Notes: generated by a model from the letters alone, not told the origin. DNA of 64,000 nucleotides from an uncultured Candidatus Saccharibacteria bacterium (GCA_964405095.1 CAYOML010000001.1:23311-87310), one strand, 5' to 3'; counted from the first letter of the stretch, positions 8,487-18,561 are shown. Program-made: numbers and translations.

Positions 8487-9760
8487 TGAACAAGGCTCAA
8501 CTACACACCGATTCTTACACCGATTTTCGGTATTATCTAGATAACGTGTATTCACAAAAAACCGAGCAACAGGTTCTGGGGCTCTCGGTTGGTTATCCAA
8601 CATCAGGCCAATTCCCGCTGCCGAACGAGATCCTGGAGCAGCTTGTCCCATTCGAAGATGGCCAAGAAAAGCCACGGCCAGGTTACGGTTGGGAAGCCGG
8701 TTCCCAGACGGTTCGTGAGGCTATTCTTGAGTACGAGAATCTGGCCCACGGCACCAGATACACCATGAAGAACGTCTGCATTGTCGCCGGCGCTACTTAC
8801 GGCCTAAACCGCATCCTGGAATATATGTTTACCGACCCATTGTTCGACAAAAGCAAAGACGAATTACTTGTGGCCGCACCGACATTTTACCGTATGTTGG
8901 GCCGTGTTGAGAGTTACGCCAAAGTCGTAAATGTCACCGGCCAAGAAGACAATAACTTCCAGGTAACAGTTGATGATATTCTTGCCGGCTTAACTCCGCG
9001 CACCAAAGCCGTCTTTTTGCTTAACCCCAGCAACCCAACTTACTTGTATTACCCCAATGATTTTCTTGCCGAGTTGGTTGCCAAGCTCAGCGAGCGCCAG
9101 GTATACCTGATAATCGACGAATCTGGCGACGCCTATGTGAACGATGGTCACAACAATCATAGCTATCACCGCATGACCCTGGCTCTTCAGAACCCGTACG
9201 TCATCCGCATAGTAACCGCATCTAAGAAATATCTACTGGCCGAATATCGAATTGGTTACGTGCTTGCTGGCGAAGACGTCATTGGTACCAAATTGCACGG
9301 TTTTATAAAGTTGATCGGCGATGACATGAGCAACCCGCCGCTTGCTGCCAACGATGCCTGGCTGGCTTTGTTGCAACACGAAATACTCCTGTTGCAAAAC
9401 AAACCATGTCCAAACACCGGTTGTGATTTTGCCGAAAAGTTCCGTGATGCAACCGCCAAGATGTCACGGCTGCGCGAATTGACGCTTAATGCCCTGGCTC
9501 ACACCGATCATATCCGTCGCGTCATCATGCCGGACGCTAACTACAACCTGTGTTTTGCATTTGATTCCAGCAAGGACTACGATGACATTCAGGTGTTCGA
9601 CGAAATGCTGCAAAAACATAACCTGGCACTTGTGCCCGGTTCGGGCTTTGGCATCGACAAAAAACTCCTGTACTTCCGCCTGACATTCGCCATTCGGGAA
9701 ACCGAGCTGCGCGAAGGCCTGGCGGCTCTGCAAGCCTTTAGTAAAAGTGGGTATTTATAA
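8486..9760 (+). CDS. Class I/II (fold type I) PLP-dependent aminotransferase-family enzyme
   Basis: GAT, NPSNPT, IIDES, TASK..LAEYRIGY, LVPGSGFG, FRLTFA; translationally coupled (TAATG). Confidence 0.85.
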   Translation: MNKAQLHTDSYTDFRYYLDNVYSQKTEQQVLGLSVGYPTSGQFPLPNEILEQLVPFEDGQEKPRPGYGWEAGSQTVREAILEYENLAHGTRYTMKNVCIVAGATYGLNRILEYMFTDPLFDKSKDELLVAAPTFYRMLGRVESYAKVVNVTGQEDNNFQVTVDDILAGLTPRTKAVFLLNPSNPTYLYYPNDFLAELVAKLSERQVYLIIDESGDAYVNDGHNNHSYHRMTLALQNPYVIRIVTASKKYLLAEYRIGYVLAGEDVIGTKLHGFIKLIGDDMSNPPLAANDAWLALLQHEILLLQNKPCPNTGCDFAEKFRDATAKMSRLRELTLNALAHTDHIRRVIMPDANYNLCFAFDSSKDYDDIQVFDEMLQKHNLALVPGSGFGIDKKLLYFRLTFAIRETELREGLAALQAFSKSGYL

Positions 9761-9772
9761 AGGGTAATAACT

Positions 9773-10384
9773 ATGAATACAGCCTCAACCATTCTTGAAA
9801 CATCTCTAGGCGCTTTTAAATTGTCGTACCATTCACTTGGCGACATGCAAGCCGTCAGCATGTCGATTGGCGATATTACCAGCGGCACACCGCTGTTGCG
9901 TATCCATTCTTCCTGTCTATTCAGCGAAGCGTTGTGCGCCGTCGACTGCGACTGTAAACTACAGCTGGACAGCGCTCTGGAGTACATCAAAAAAGCCGGC
10001 AAAGGCGTTATTGTGTATCTGTACCAAGAGGGCAGGGGTGTCGGCCTCGAAAACAAGATCCGCGCCGTCGAAATAATGCGCGTCGATAACTGCGACACGG
10101 CCACGGCCTTCGAAAAGCTAGGTTTCGAGCTCGACCCACGCGACTATAGTCTGGCTATCAAGGCACTTAAAGATTTACACGTTTCTAAAGACGTCCTTTT
10201 GATGTCTAATAACCCGCGCAAATTCAATGCACTAGAAACAGCCGGGTATGACGTAGTTGAGCAAGTTGTGCTGTCGTACTACGCTAATCCGACTGTTCAT
10301 CATTACTTACGCTCCAAAGAAGCCAAACTTGGCCACAAGATACAGTGGAGCGCAATTAAGACAACTACCCGGCGAGTGTCTTAA
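9773..10384 (+). CDS. ribA: GTP cyclohydrolase II (stand-alone RibA family)
   Basis: LRIHSSCL..EAL...CDC, QEGRGVGL.NKI, DPRDY, MSNNPRK, YL..K..KLGH. Confidence 0.9.
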   Translation: MNTASTILETSLGAFKLSYHSLGDMQAVSMSIGDITSGTPLLRIHSSCLFSEALCAVDCDCKLQLDSALEYIKKAGKGVIVYLYQEGRGVGLENKIRAVEIMRVDNCDTATAFEKLGFELDPRDYSLAIKALKDLHVSKDVLLMSNNPRKFNALETAGYDVVEQVVLSYYANPTVHHYLRSKEAKLGHKIQWSAIKTTTRRVS

Positions 10385-12092
10385 AGACCGGCTTGGAACC
10401 ATCCCAGTGCTTGGCGTATGGGTTCAGGTACAAGTCGGGGTAATGCACGGCGATTTCTATTAGCATAGGTGCAGCCTGCTTGGTGGCACCGGCCAGGGCC
10501 TTTTGTAGTTCTGCTGGTGTGGTTGCACGGGATGCTTTTACGCCGTTTGCTTCGGCCAGTTTTACAAAGTCAACATTCATGAATTCGGTAGCAGCTACGT
10601 CCTGTGTATGCTCATCACCGGTCAACTGGTAGCGGCGAATCAGGGCGTTGGCATTGTTATTCAGCAATAGAACAGTGACCGGCAGGTTGTTACGCACGAT
10701 TGTTTCAAGATCACCACTGTTAGAATGGAACCCGCCATCGCCCGCAATCAATACGACGCGCTTGTCGGATTGTGACAGGGCGGCCCCAATGGCCATACCA
10801 ATGCCTGTGCCAAACGATGACAAACCTGCCGAAGTTAGATAGTGATGTGGTTCCTGAGGCATAAAGTAAGTACCAACTACATGGCGATGCATACCAATGT
10901 CGTTGGCAACAATGTAATTGTAGTCGCCATAGGCATCGTTAAGCGCCTGAATCGCTTGTGGGACAGTCACACCTTCACCACTATCTTTCGCCTGCATGTC
11001 GGCCGTCATTCTGTTCACGATAGTGTCGCGAGCCGTGGCAGCATCTTTGGCGATCGCTTCCCGGGGCTTAACAGCGACTACCAACTGGCTAAGCTGCCCA
11101 GCCAAATTGCCAGTTAACTTAACTTCGGGCACAAATGCTTTGTTAGTACGGTTATCAAAATAGTTCAGGCTAATAATCTTTTTAGCCGAACCAAATTTCC
11201 AGCCGTTAGGATGGTGCTCAATCATGTCATAGCCGAGCAACAACAGGGTGTCGGCGGTTTCAAAAATAGACTGCAGCACGTGTCCTTCAAACAAAGCATC
11301 CAGGTAACCATTGAGCGTGCCCAGGTTCAGCGGATGGCCAAATGGCAAAATACCTTTGGCAGAGTAGGTAGCAATCGCCGGGATGTTAAGCTTTTCGAGC
11401 AAAGGGCGTAGTGTCGCGGCAGCTTCTGGCACTTTAGCAACGGTATCGCCCAGTACAATAATCGGGTTTTTAGCACCGTCCAAAAGCTTAGCAGCTTCGG
11501 CAATGAGCTTATCTTGCATATTGGTGCTACCGACGGTGTAAGCCAAAGGCAGTGCAGTATGATCAACTAGCCATTTAGCGGCTAGGTCTTCGTCCACGAC
11601 TTCGTCCATCAAGTTAATTGGCAACGAAATGAAGGCAGGGCCAAAAGGATACGCAAGCATGTCGGTAAAGGCGCGGTCAACGGCTACAGCCAGCGCATCC
11701 AAAGTAGTAGGCTCGTAGCTGCCTTTAGTGAGCGGGCGAGTCACACTCACTGCGTCCAAACATTGGTGGGCGTTGTTGTAGTCAATGCTGTGTGTTTCTA
11801 GCTGTGCAGCAATAAACAATACCGGGTGACGATCTTGTGCAGCCGTCGCCATAGCGGTCATCATATGGGTAACGCCCGGCCCTAAGGTGCTAAAACATAC
11901 TTGTGGACGGCCCGTTAGGCGGGTTGCCGCTACCGCAGATGTACCAGCGCTTAATTCATTACGAAACAGATAGAACTTCTGGGAATGATCTTTGTCGAAC
12001 AACAGGCTTGCTGCTTCACGTCCCAGAACACCATACACACGATCAACTCCGTAAGTTGCCAATAGCTTTTGTAGAAAATCAGAACCTTTCAC
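10365..12092 (-). CDS. ceaS: ThDP-dependent N2-(2-carboxyethyl)arginine synthase-like enzyme
   Basis: GVLGREAASLLF, HQCLD, SAGLSSFG, GDGGFHSNSGDLET..NN and VDFVKLAEANGV match CeaS signatures as recalled. Confidence 0.82.
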   Translation of the reverse strand: MKGSDFLQKLLATYGVDRVYGVLGREAASLLFDKDHSQKFYLFRNELSAGTSAVAATRLTGRPQVCFSTLGPGVTHMMTAMATAAQDRHPVLFIAAQLETHSIDYNNAHQCLDAVSVTRPLTKGSYEPTTLDALAVAVDRAFTDMLAYPFGPAFISLPINLMDEVVDEDLAAKWLVDHTALPLAYTVGSTNMQDKLIAEAAKLLDGAKNPIIVLGDTVAKVPEAAATLRPLLEKLNIPAIATYSAKGILPFGHPLNLGTLNGYLDALFEGHVLQSIFETADTLLLLGYDMIEHHPNGWKFGSAKKIISLNYFDNRTNKAFVPEVKLTGNLAGQLSQLVVAVKPREAIAKDAATARDTIVNRMTADMQAKDSGEGVTVPQAIQALNDAYGDYNYIVANDIGMHRHVVGTYFMPQEPHHYLTSAGLSSFGTGIGMAIGAALSQSDKRVVLIAGDGGFHSNSGDLETIVRNNLPVTVLLLNNNANALIRRYQLTGDEHTQDVAATEFMNVDFVKLAEANGVKASRATTPAELQKALAGATKQAAPMLIEIAVHYPDLYLNPYAKHWDGSKPVFKTLAG

Positions 12093-12217
12093 GACACATA
12101 CTCCAGAATACCGCTATTTTGGGGTACCCATCATGGCCTCCCAAGTCGCGGTTAAATTATATTTCGTTAATAGTACACCAGCAGGCAGTATAAGTGAATA
12201 GTGTTCTTATCTGATTA

Positions 12218-13156
12218 TTAGGCAAGTTGGCCAAAGGTGTTGGTGGCGATTGGCTGTCTGGCGTTGTATTTGGCTACACAATAGCTAAGGATTGCCTGCC
12301 TAAAGCGCCATTTGCTGTCATCGCCAGAAGCCTCAGCCTGGTCCTTATCGCCTGCGAGTGCCCAAACAGCCCTAAGCAATACCACGTCATTGGTATAACT
12401 ACTAAGCTGTTTAATGTTATGTTTTGCAGCCGTGTCGTCAATAACCCGCATGTAGTTACCCAGTTGGTCGTCGGTTAAGTCGTACGATAGCTTTGACTCA
12501 CCATTCTTGTCTTTAAAATCCCAGAAGCGTCCGAATAGTACACCAGCTAGCACATCATAACCAACAGGACCTGTAAAATTATGCTCAAAATCAATGACAC
12601 CGCCTTTTAGGATATTGAATGGTGTCAGGTCACCATGGGTTGGGGCGCTGGGCAACTTGCTAAGGCGCCCGGTGATAGTATCGAGAGCGGTTTGGAGTGC
12701 AGGGGTATCAAACTGCGGATTTTCGCCCAATGCCTTAGACAGACGAATCAACACCGGTATGTCGCTTGCTTGCTCGGTTACATTCTGTAATTGTGCCCGT
12801 AAAAAGTTTGCGGCCACCTGGCAGTAGGCGTTAAACGACTCACTGCTGACTTTGCCCTGTGCCATGTACTCATTTTTGAATATGCGTCCAAATGTTTGCT
12901 CACCCAATGATTCTTCAATAAAGTACGTTGTGCCATCAACTTCGCCGTCGTCCAGAATGCTGGCAACAGGAAACCCACTAGCCTTAAGGCTTTTAGCAAA
13001 AGCCACTTCGGGCTGCAGAATACTACTCGGTCCAATCCGTAGATACTGAGTACCATCATGTGATACAAAAATCTGGCCCTTATTTAGCAGGCGATTGCGG
13101 ATCAGGCGCCAGTTGCTAGCACTGTTTGGTAAAAAAGTGTCTGGATCGTAGTTCAT
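12218..13156 (-). CDS. Aminoglycoside/choline kinase (APH-fold) phosphotransferase
   Basis: HGDLTPFNIL and IDFE motifs, G..GYD. Confidence 0.8.
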   Translation of the reverse strand: MNYDPDTFLPNSASNWRLIRNRLLNKGQIFVSHDGTQYLRIGPSSILQPEVAFAKSLKASGFPVASILDDGEVDGTTYFIEESLGEQTFGRIFKNEYMAQGKVSSESFNAYCQVAANFLRAQLQNVTEQASDIPVLIRLSKALGENPQFDTPALQTALDTITGRLSKLPSAPTHGDLTPFNILKGGVIDFEHNFTGPVGYDVLAGVLFGRFWDFKDKNGESKLSYDLTDDQLGNYMRVIDDTAAKHNIKQLSSYTNDVVLLRAVWALAGDKDQAEASGDDSKWRFRQAILSYCVAKYNARQPIATNTFGQLA

Positions 13157-13776
13157 GAGTTGTGCAGAACTCCCAACTCGATTAGTTGTATCACGGTATT
13201 ATCGTACGACGAAAATAGAATTGGCGTATAGCCGCAGTCTTTTGCTGAACTCAGACTAAGTTCGGAATCATCAATAAAAATGAGTTCTTTCATTGTGGCA
13301 CCAAGCGCATCGGCAAATAGTTGGTAGGCCTGTGGGTCGGGCTTCATAAACCCGGTTTCGGCCGATACCTGAAACACATAAAAGTGAGCGGCTGTACCGT
13401 TATCGCGCATTGCTTGGGCGTTAGCAAGATTGTTGTTGCTTAAAAGCCCAACTTTGTAACCAAGCCGTTTTAATTCATCAACTAGCTGCAGCATTTGCAC
13501 GCTGGGCGGCCCGCCAAAAACTTCATGGCTCAGAGCCATGACCTCATCGAGCCTATCTGAATGGCCCAAATCTTTTAAAACAGCCGACCAAAGCTCAGCC
13601 CACGAGATATTACCAACATTAATTTTATGCCGATGCCGGTAATATGCATGCTTGTACTCTCCTGGGCTCACGTTGAGCATGGTGCATAGACGTTCGCGGA
13701 ATAAGGTTTTGGGGTGGCCCTGAATGACGCCACCATAGTCAAAACCAATTGCCATAAATCTTGGGGTAATTGCCAT
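13153..13776 (-). CDS. HAD-superfamily phosphatase
   Basis: FDYGGVI, LLSNN, KPDP..Y and FIDD; likely start at 13776 after a CATAAT box. Confidence 0.88.
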   Translation of the reverse strand: MAITPRFMAIGFDYGGVIQGHPKTLFRERLCTMLNVSPGEYKHAYYRHRHKINVGNISWAELWSAVLKDLGHSDRLDEVMALSHEVFGGPPSVQMLQLVDELKRLGYKVGLLSNNNLANAQAMRDNGTAAHFYVFQVSAETGFMKPDPQAYQLFADALGATMKELIFIDDSELSLSSAKDCGYTPILFSSYDNTVIQLIELGVLHNS

Positions 13777-13929
13777 GCCCGGTATTATGACATACGTCAG
13801 TGCTACGACAATAATATGAGTCAGGATCGAATCTATAAAATAAGCTTCGCGGTCACTGATTAAAGGTGTGATCTGCGGCGTCCGGGTCGAGGACCTTAAA
13901 GACCCCATCGTGCAACTTTGGGATAGTGG

Positions 13930-14904
13930 TCATTTGCGGTACCGCCGGGCCCGGGAATAGGCTAGGGTGTAAGCCTGCTTAAAGTTAGCTTTAAACTGTG
14001 ATGGATGAGTTGCACGCCAAGCAATAAAGCGCGTTGTAAGTGCATAGATAATCAGCGCATATATAACACCGAGCACAACATCGAAGACATAATGTTCACC
14101 AAGGTAAACGATCCCGACCCACACCGAAGCTGGGTAGAACATCGCCCACCACACTCGGCGCCAACCAAACATCATATTTAGGAACAACACAAATAACATG
14201 GGGTAAGCAGCGTGCAGCGATGGCACGGCAGCAACTGCGTTGGGCGAAATGTTGGCATAAACTTCCGAGAAATTTGTAACACCCATGGCATACCACACGT
14301 CGCTGGAAATCCTGTGGATAGGTTCTATATAGCCCATATTAGATGCCATCCAGGGCGGCGCTGCTGGGAAGATAATATAAGTAACGAAGGCCATGAAAGA
14401 CAAAGCTACAAGCGCCGCAACAAACGGCCAGTAGAGCTTTTCGCGCACTTTCCAAATGAGCACAGCCAGGAGTAGGGGAGCTAAAAAGTGCAGTGTGTAC
14501 AGGAAGTAGAAGTAAAAATCGTACCATTGCACATGTCCATGCCACCACCAACTTTGCAGCACGGAGGTTGGCAGATTACCACCAAACCAAACACGGTCGA
14601 TGTTAATCATTTCGTAAAAGTGAACGTTGTGGTTAAGATCGTCGGCTATGCCTCGGAATGAGTCATAGGCAAGTAGAAGTAGGATAAACGGCCCAAAACG
14701 GGTAATAAACATGCGCGCCTGGCCAAACACAAAAAACACACCAAGCAGAACTAAGAAGAGGGTATCTGGCGTCCAAAAATTACGCTGTAAAGTAATAAAG
14801 ACCACTACAGTGACAACCGTTAAGCAACGTAGCCAAAAAACTGCTGGATGTCGTCGCTTGAGTGTTTGCGCCCTGCGCCACAGGATGCGGATTTTATTTT
14901 GCAT
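13930..14904 (-). CDS. PAP2/AUR1-like (inositol-phosphoceramide synthase-like) membrane phosphotransferase
   Basis: FPAAPPW, AAVPSLHAAY and HYVFDV motifs; multiple TM helices. Confidence 0.85.
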   Translation of the reverse strand: MQNKIRILWRRAQTLKRRHPAVFWLRCLTVVTVVVFITLQRNFWTPDTLFLVLLGVFFVFGQARMFITRFGPFILLLLAYDSFRGIADDLNHNVHFYEMINIDRVWFGGNLPTSVLQSWWWHGHVQWYDFYFYFLYTLHFLAPLLLAVLIWKVREKLYWPFVAALVALSFMAFVTYIIFPAAPPWMASNMGYIEPIHRISSDVWYAMGVTNFSEVYANISPNAVAAVPSLHAAYPMLFVLFLNMMFGWRRVWWAMFYPASVWVGIVYLGEHYVFDVVLGVIYALIIYALTTRFIAWRATHPSQFKANFKQAYTLAYSRARRYRK

Positions 14905-15041
14905 TAACCTGATTATAACTAATACAACCGATTATTATGCTCGATTGAGTATTGTTTATTTGACAAGAATCGGTGTATGCTAATTACATAAAACCAACAT
15001 AAGCTTATTAATAAAACTTCCTAACTTTTAAGAGGGGTCGT

Positions 15042-15944
15042 GTGAGTAGTGGGAACAATGAGCCTCAAAGCTTAGTGCGTGGTTTTGAGAATAAAAAACT
15101 GCTAACAATACTTTGTATTTTGCTCGTAGCCGCAATTATTGCGGCTATTTGGGTGTTAGTGCTAGATAACCTACGCCGAAATAATTCTGTTACTTCTTTA
15201 TGGAGCGCCTACACCGGCCTAGCAACCAACACTACAATACCGATAACAGCTACCGACCTGAATCAGATAGACCAACGGAACACATGGGGCACGGATGAGT
15301 TGTCTGGCCTAACCCAACAAGTGATAAGCCTAATACCCGGACACCTAAGCGTCGTCGGGTTGCAGGGGCAAGAGGGTAAACCGGGCAAGGATGGCCAGGA
15401 TGGTGTTAATGGACGCAATGGGACCGATGGGGTCGATGGAGTCGCGGTGTGTGCTTTTGGACAATGTGCCTCACTGCAAACTACAGACCCAACCACCTTA
15501 GAGGTAGGTAGTATCAACGTCGACGGTACTGTCAGTGCTAGTTTCTTTGAGGGCGATGGCTCGAATCTCGATAACCTAAATGCTTCGAGAATCAATGTTG
15601 GGACGCTAGACTCGAGTCTATTCCCGAGTAATCTTACACTGCCTGGTTCGTTGACAATTGGTTTAGATGGAACATCAATATCACAAGTAAGAGTTTTTAC
15701 CCCAACACTAAACCCATCAAGTGTTGCTGCTGCTAGTACGGCCGAAGAGATTTATGCTGTCAGTGGGTTGGTTACAACCGATATTATTTACGTCAACAAG
15801 CCAACGTATACCGCTGGCTGTGGCATAGTTAACGCACGGGTAAGCGCCACTAACACTTTGGCGCTTACTTGGATGAATGCACAGACACTGCTTAGCTGTG
15901 ATCCACCGTCAGAAGTTTATAATATCGTAGCTATCAGAAGTTAA
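15042..15944 (+). CDS. Membrane-anchored protein with a short collagen-like (GXY) segment
   Basis: N-terminal TM helix; GLQGQEGKPGKDGQDGVNGRNGTDGVDG; FEGDGSNL fibre-type motif. Confidence 0.7.
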   Translation: MSSGNNEPQSLVRGFENKKLLTILCILLVAAIIAAIWVLVLDNLRRNNSVTSLWSAYTGLATNTTIPITATDLNQIDQRNTWGTDELSGLTQQVISLIPGHLSVVGLQGQEGKPGKDGQDGVNGRNGTDGVDGVAVCAFGQCASLQTTDPTTLEVGSINVDGTVSASFFEGDGSNLDNLNASRINVGTLDSSLFPSNLTLPGSLTIGLDGTSISQVRVFTPTLNPSSVAAASTAEEIYAVSGLVTTDIIYVNKPTYTAGCGIVNARVSATNTLALTWMNAQTLLSCDPPSEVYNIVAIRS

Positions 15945-16033
15945 AGCCAGCAGTTTCGAAGCTCAACTATGAAGCGTTAGATTATTGAGTCGTATATTTA
16001 CCTGATCACTATTCAGTGTTATAATATAACCTC

Positions 16034-17008
16034 ATGAGTGAGTATGAAACCGATGGGATTGAGCCGACACTGGAGCAGTTGCTGAAGTGGCGCCCTACTA
16101 GACGCAAACTTATCAAACTTGGCCTGCTCACTGCTGTTGCCGCAGATACAGCAGGCGGCTTCGCTGTCGAGCGGGGAATGAATCACCACCCCGAGGCTGA
16201 CGTATACCTGAACCCTGATAGCGACCAAACAATTATTATTGGCGGTGGCTGGGCCAATGATGGCCGAGTACTAGGCGAGATGCTAGCGCCGGTACTAGGT
16301 GACTTTGCTAACATCATCGCTATAAAATACGCCGACGATAATGTCGACTCAACCGAACTTCACAATTTAGTTTTTAGTACAATGCGCGAAAATGGTTTGC
16401 GTAACCCTTCGTGGTATCTAAATTCGTCGGCCGGTTTATTCTTGGCCGGATCCATGGCGCTGCACGCTCACGACCCCGCTAGCCAGCAAGAGTTTGGCCC
16501 GACTCAGATAGCCGTGTTTCATGACTCGCCGCACAGCGAGGCCGATTTAAACAACCAAGGTTGGTTTTTCGCTAATACTCGCGCCGATGCACTACTAAAA
16601 CGCAGTCGAGTATTTAACTGGCTATTTGGACTCGGCATGCGCGCCACACTTAGAGGCGCCGATTTCCGCGACCCAGCCTATGTAAGTTACGCCGACGCCC
16701 AAGCTATGAAAGACGGCATGGCGGCTGCCGACTCAATCACGGCTAGCGCTCAAATGGCCGGGATGCGCGATATAAACCTGCCAGACGGTTATTTGCATGG
16801 TGCAGCTCGGCGCTTTTTCTTCGTGCATAGTGAAGGCGAATCAAATGATACTAACGACTCTGCCAGCGCTTTGCGAGGCTGGCGCGGCACCTGTGGAGAG
16901 GTCGAAGAAATTATCGACCCTTACGCTCCAGCCAACAAACATGCTCCCAGCACATACCCGCATATCTTGCGCACTATCTTTTACACCAACCTTACTGAGC
17001 GATCTTAG
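16034..17008 (+). CDS. Hypothetical exported protein, possible alpha/beta-hydrolase fold
   Basis: RRKLIKLG plus hydrophobic N-terminus; IIGGGW and LNSSAG elbow-like segments. Confidence 0.5.
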   Translation: MSEYETDGIEPTLEQLLKWRPTRRKLIKLGLLTAVAADTAGGFAVERGMNHHPEADVYLNPDSDQTIIIGGGWANDGRVLGEMLAPVLGDFANIIAIKYADDNVDSTELHNLVFSTMRENGLRNPSWYLNSSAGLFLAGSMALHAHDPASQQEFGPTQIAVFHDSPHSEADLNNQGWFFANTRADALLKRSRVFNWLFGLGMRATLRGADFRDPAYVSYADAQAMKDGMAAADSITASAQMAGMRDINLPDGYLHGAARRFFFVHSEGESNDTNDSASALRGWRGTCGEVEEIIDPYAPANKHAPSTYPHILRTIFYTNLTERS

Positions 17009-17727
17009 TAGTTTTCCGGATCGTACTGATTGTGCACTTCGAGTATTGGTATTCGGTCTTCGGTAATATCTTTCTTATCATGAAATCGATCGGCGCTGCC
17101 TGCAAAGCTCAACTCCTGGCTAGCATACTCTTCTTGAGTCATCCAAGCGTTACGACCGCCCTCAAACTCTTCTACTAATATGCCATGCGGGTTATTGGCC
17201 GTTACAACAAAGAAGATTTTATCTTCCAATAGTTCGCCGGTTTGCTTGTTGAAATCTGTTTTGTGATAAATAGCTTCGTAAGCAAGATCGGCTTTCAGAC
17301 CCGTTTCTTCTGCAAGTTCGCGTGCTGCAGCGTCCAGTATAGATTCGCCCCAGCGGATCTTGCCAGTGGGGCGGCCCCAGTAGCCATAATATGGCTGTTT
17401 AAGGCGCTGCTGTACAAGTTGCTTGCCGTCTTTGCGGCGGACCATTAAGCAAACTGCAACTTTGGGCTGGCGTTCAACTTGGCGGGCATCGGTGTCAAAG
17501 CGGTTAGCGAATTCTTTGCCCTTAAAGGTTAAATGATACGCACCTTCTTTGTTTTTGCCCACAAAATCTTCTTCTAACAACTGTTTCAGATAAAAAGAGA
17601 AGTGGTCACTGGTTAATTCACTAGCTTTTTGCAGCTCCTTAAAGCGAGCATTGGGCTTAAACAGCAATACTTGCAGTATCGCCACGTGTGCTGGGTGGAG
17701 TTGTTTGTCGATTGCCATATAGGTCAC
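17005..17727 (-). CDS. N-terminal wHTH plus Nudix hydrolase fusion (paralogue 1)
   Basis: GKIRWGE..AARELAEETG Nudix box; HTH-like N-terminus ending in YHLT.KG. Confidence 0.85.
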   Translation of the reverse strand: MTYMAIDKQLHPAHVAILQVLLFKPNARFKELQKASELTSDHFSFYLKQLLEEDFVGKNKEGAYHLTFKGKEFANRFDTDARQVERQPKVAVCLMVRRKDGKQLVQQRLKQPYYGYWGRPTGKIRWGESILDAAARELAEETGLKADLAYEAIYHKTDFNKQTGELLEDKIFFVVTANNPHGILVEEFEGGRNAWMTQEEYASQELSFAGSADRFHDKKDITEDRIPILEVHNQYDPENY

Positions 17728-17779
17728 TATAACCTCAGCCGGGTAGATGAACCTAGTGAAAAAAGTTTAAGCGAGCAAT

Positions 17780-18493
17780 TTAGAACTGCTCGGCCGAGTA
17801 TTCGACGCTGTTCTCTAAAAAGGTATGGTCGCGGCCCAGCATGTCCTGCTCGATCTGCTGGCTAGTGTATTTTTTGTCGCGTGCGGCAATCTCGGCCTCG
17901 GTGGCCCAAAAGTTGCGACCACCCTCAAACGCGTCCATTAGTGTGCCGCGCGGCCTGGTGCAATGCACAACATGGAACAGCTTGTCTTCGAGTAATTCGC
18001 CGGATTCTTTTTGGTAGGCGTGTTCATGGTAAAGGCCTGCGTAGCGATAATCGGCCTCGAGGCCCGTTTCTTCATGCAGTTCACGCTCGGCGGCGGCGAT
18101 CACCGTCTCACCCCAGCGTATTTTGCCGGATGGAAAGCCCCAAAACCCAAAGTAGGGATGCTTCATGCGCTCTTGAATAAGATAGTACTTGATGCCCGAT
18201 TTGATCTTTTCGATGCCCAAGATTACGGCGCTCTTGGGCTGTTTTTCGATGGTGTTGTTATCGGTGTCTAGCTTGTTAGCATACTCCTTACCACGCGGAG
18301 TTAGACGGTATTTGCCTCGAGCCACTTTTTCGACTAAGTCTAGCGCAACCAGTTTAGCAATATGAAAGTTGAAGTGGTCACTACTCAGGCCTGTTGGTTT
18401 TTGTAGCTCGGCGTAGCCGGCTTGCGGCCTAAACAGCAATTCGCGCAGGATCGAGGTTTGGGCCCCGTGGATGTTAACTTCCAGGCTCATCAT
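17780..18493 (-). CDS. N-terminal wHTH plus Nudix hydrolase fusion (paralogue 2)
   Basis: GKIRWGE..AERELHEETG; collinear with the 17005-17727 protein. Confidence 0.85.
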   Translation of the reverse strand: MMSLEVNIHGAQTSILRELLFRPQAGYAELQKPTGLSSDHFNFHIAKLVALDLVEKVARGKYRLTPRGKEYANKLDTDNNTIEKQPKSAVILGIEKIKSGIKYYLIQERMKHPYFGFWGFPSGKIRWGETVIAAAERELHEETGLEADYRYAGLYHEHAYQKESGELLEDKLFHVVHCTRPRGTLMDAFEGGRNFWATEAEIAARDKKYTSQQIEQDMLGRDHTFLENSVEYSAEQF

Positions 18494-18561
18494 AATATCC
18501 TCATGTTATCTGACGGACACTATAACGTCGAGCGTATGATTAAATCTAGTAAAGTCGACTT

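Noticed and set aside
10365-12092. Complete clavam/clavulanic acid cluster
   Set aside because: Beta-lactam synthetase, amidinohydrolase and clavaminate synthase are absent from the window.
16034-16150. Tat signal peptide (RRKLIK)
   Set aside because: The motif is suggestive, but no Tat genes are visible and CPR genomes usually lack Tat, so it cannot be supported.
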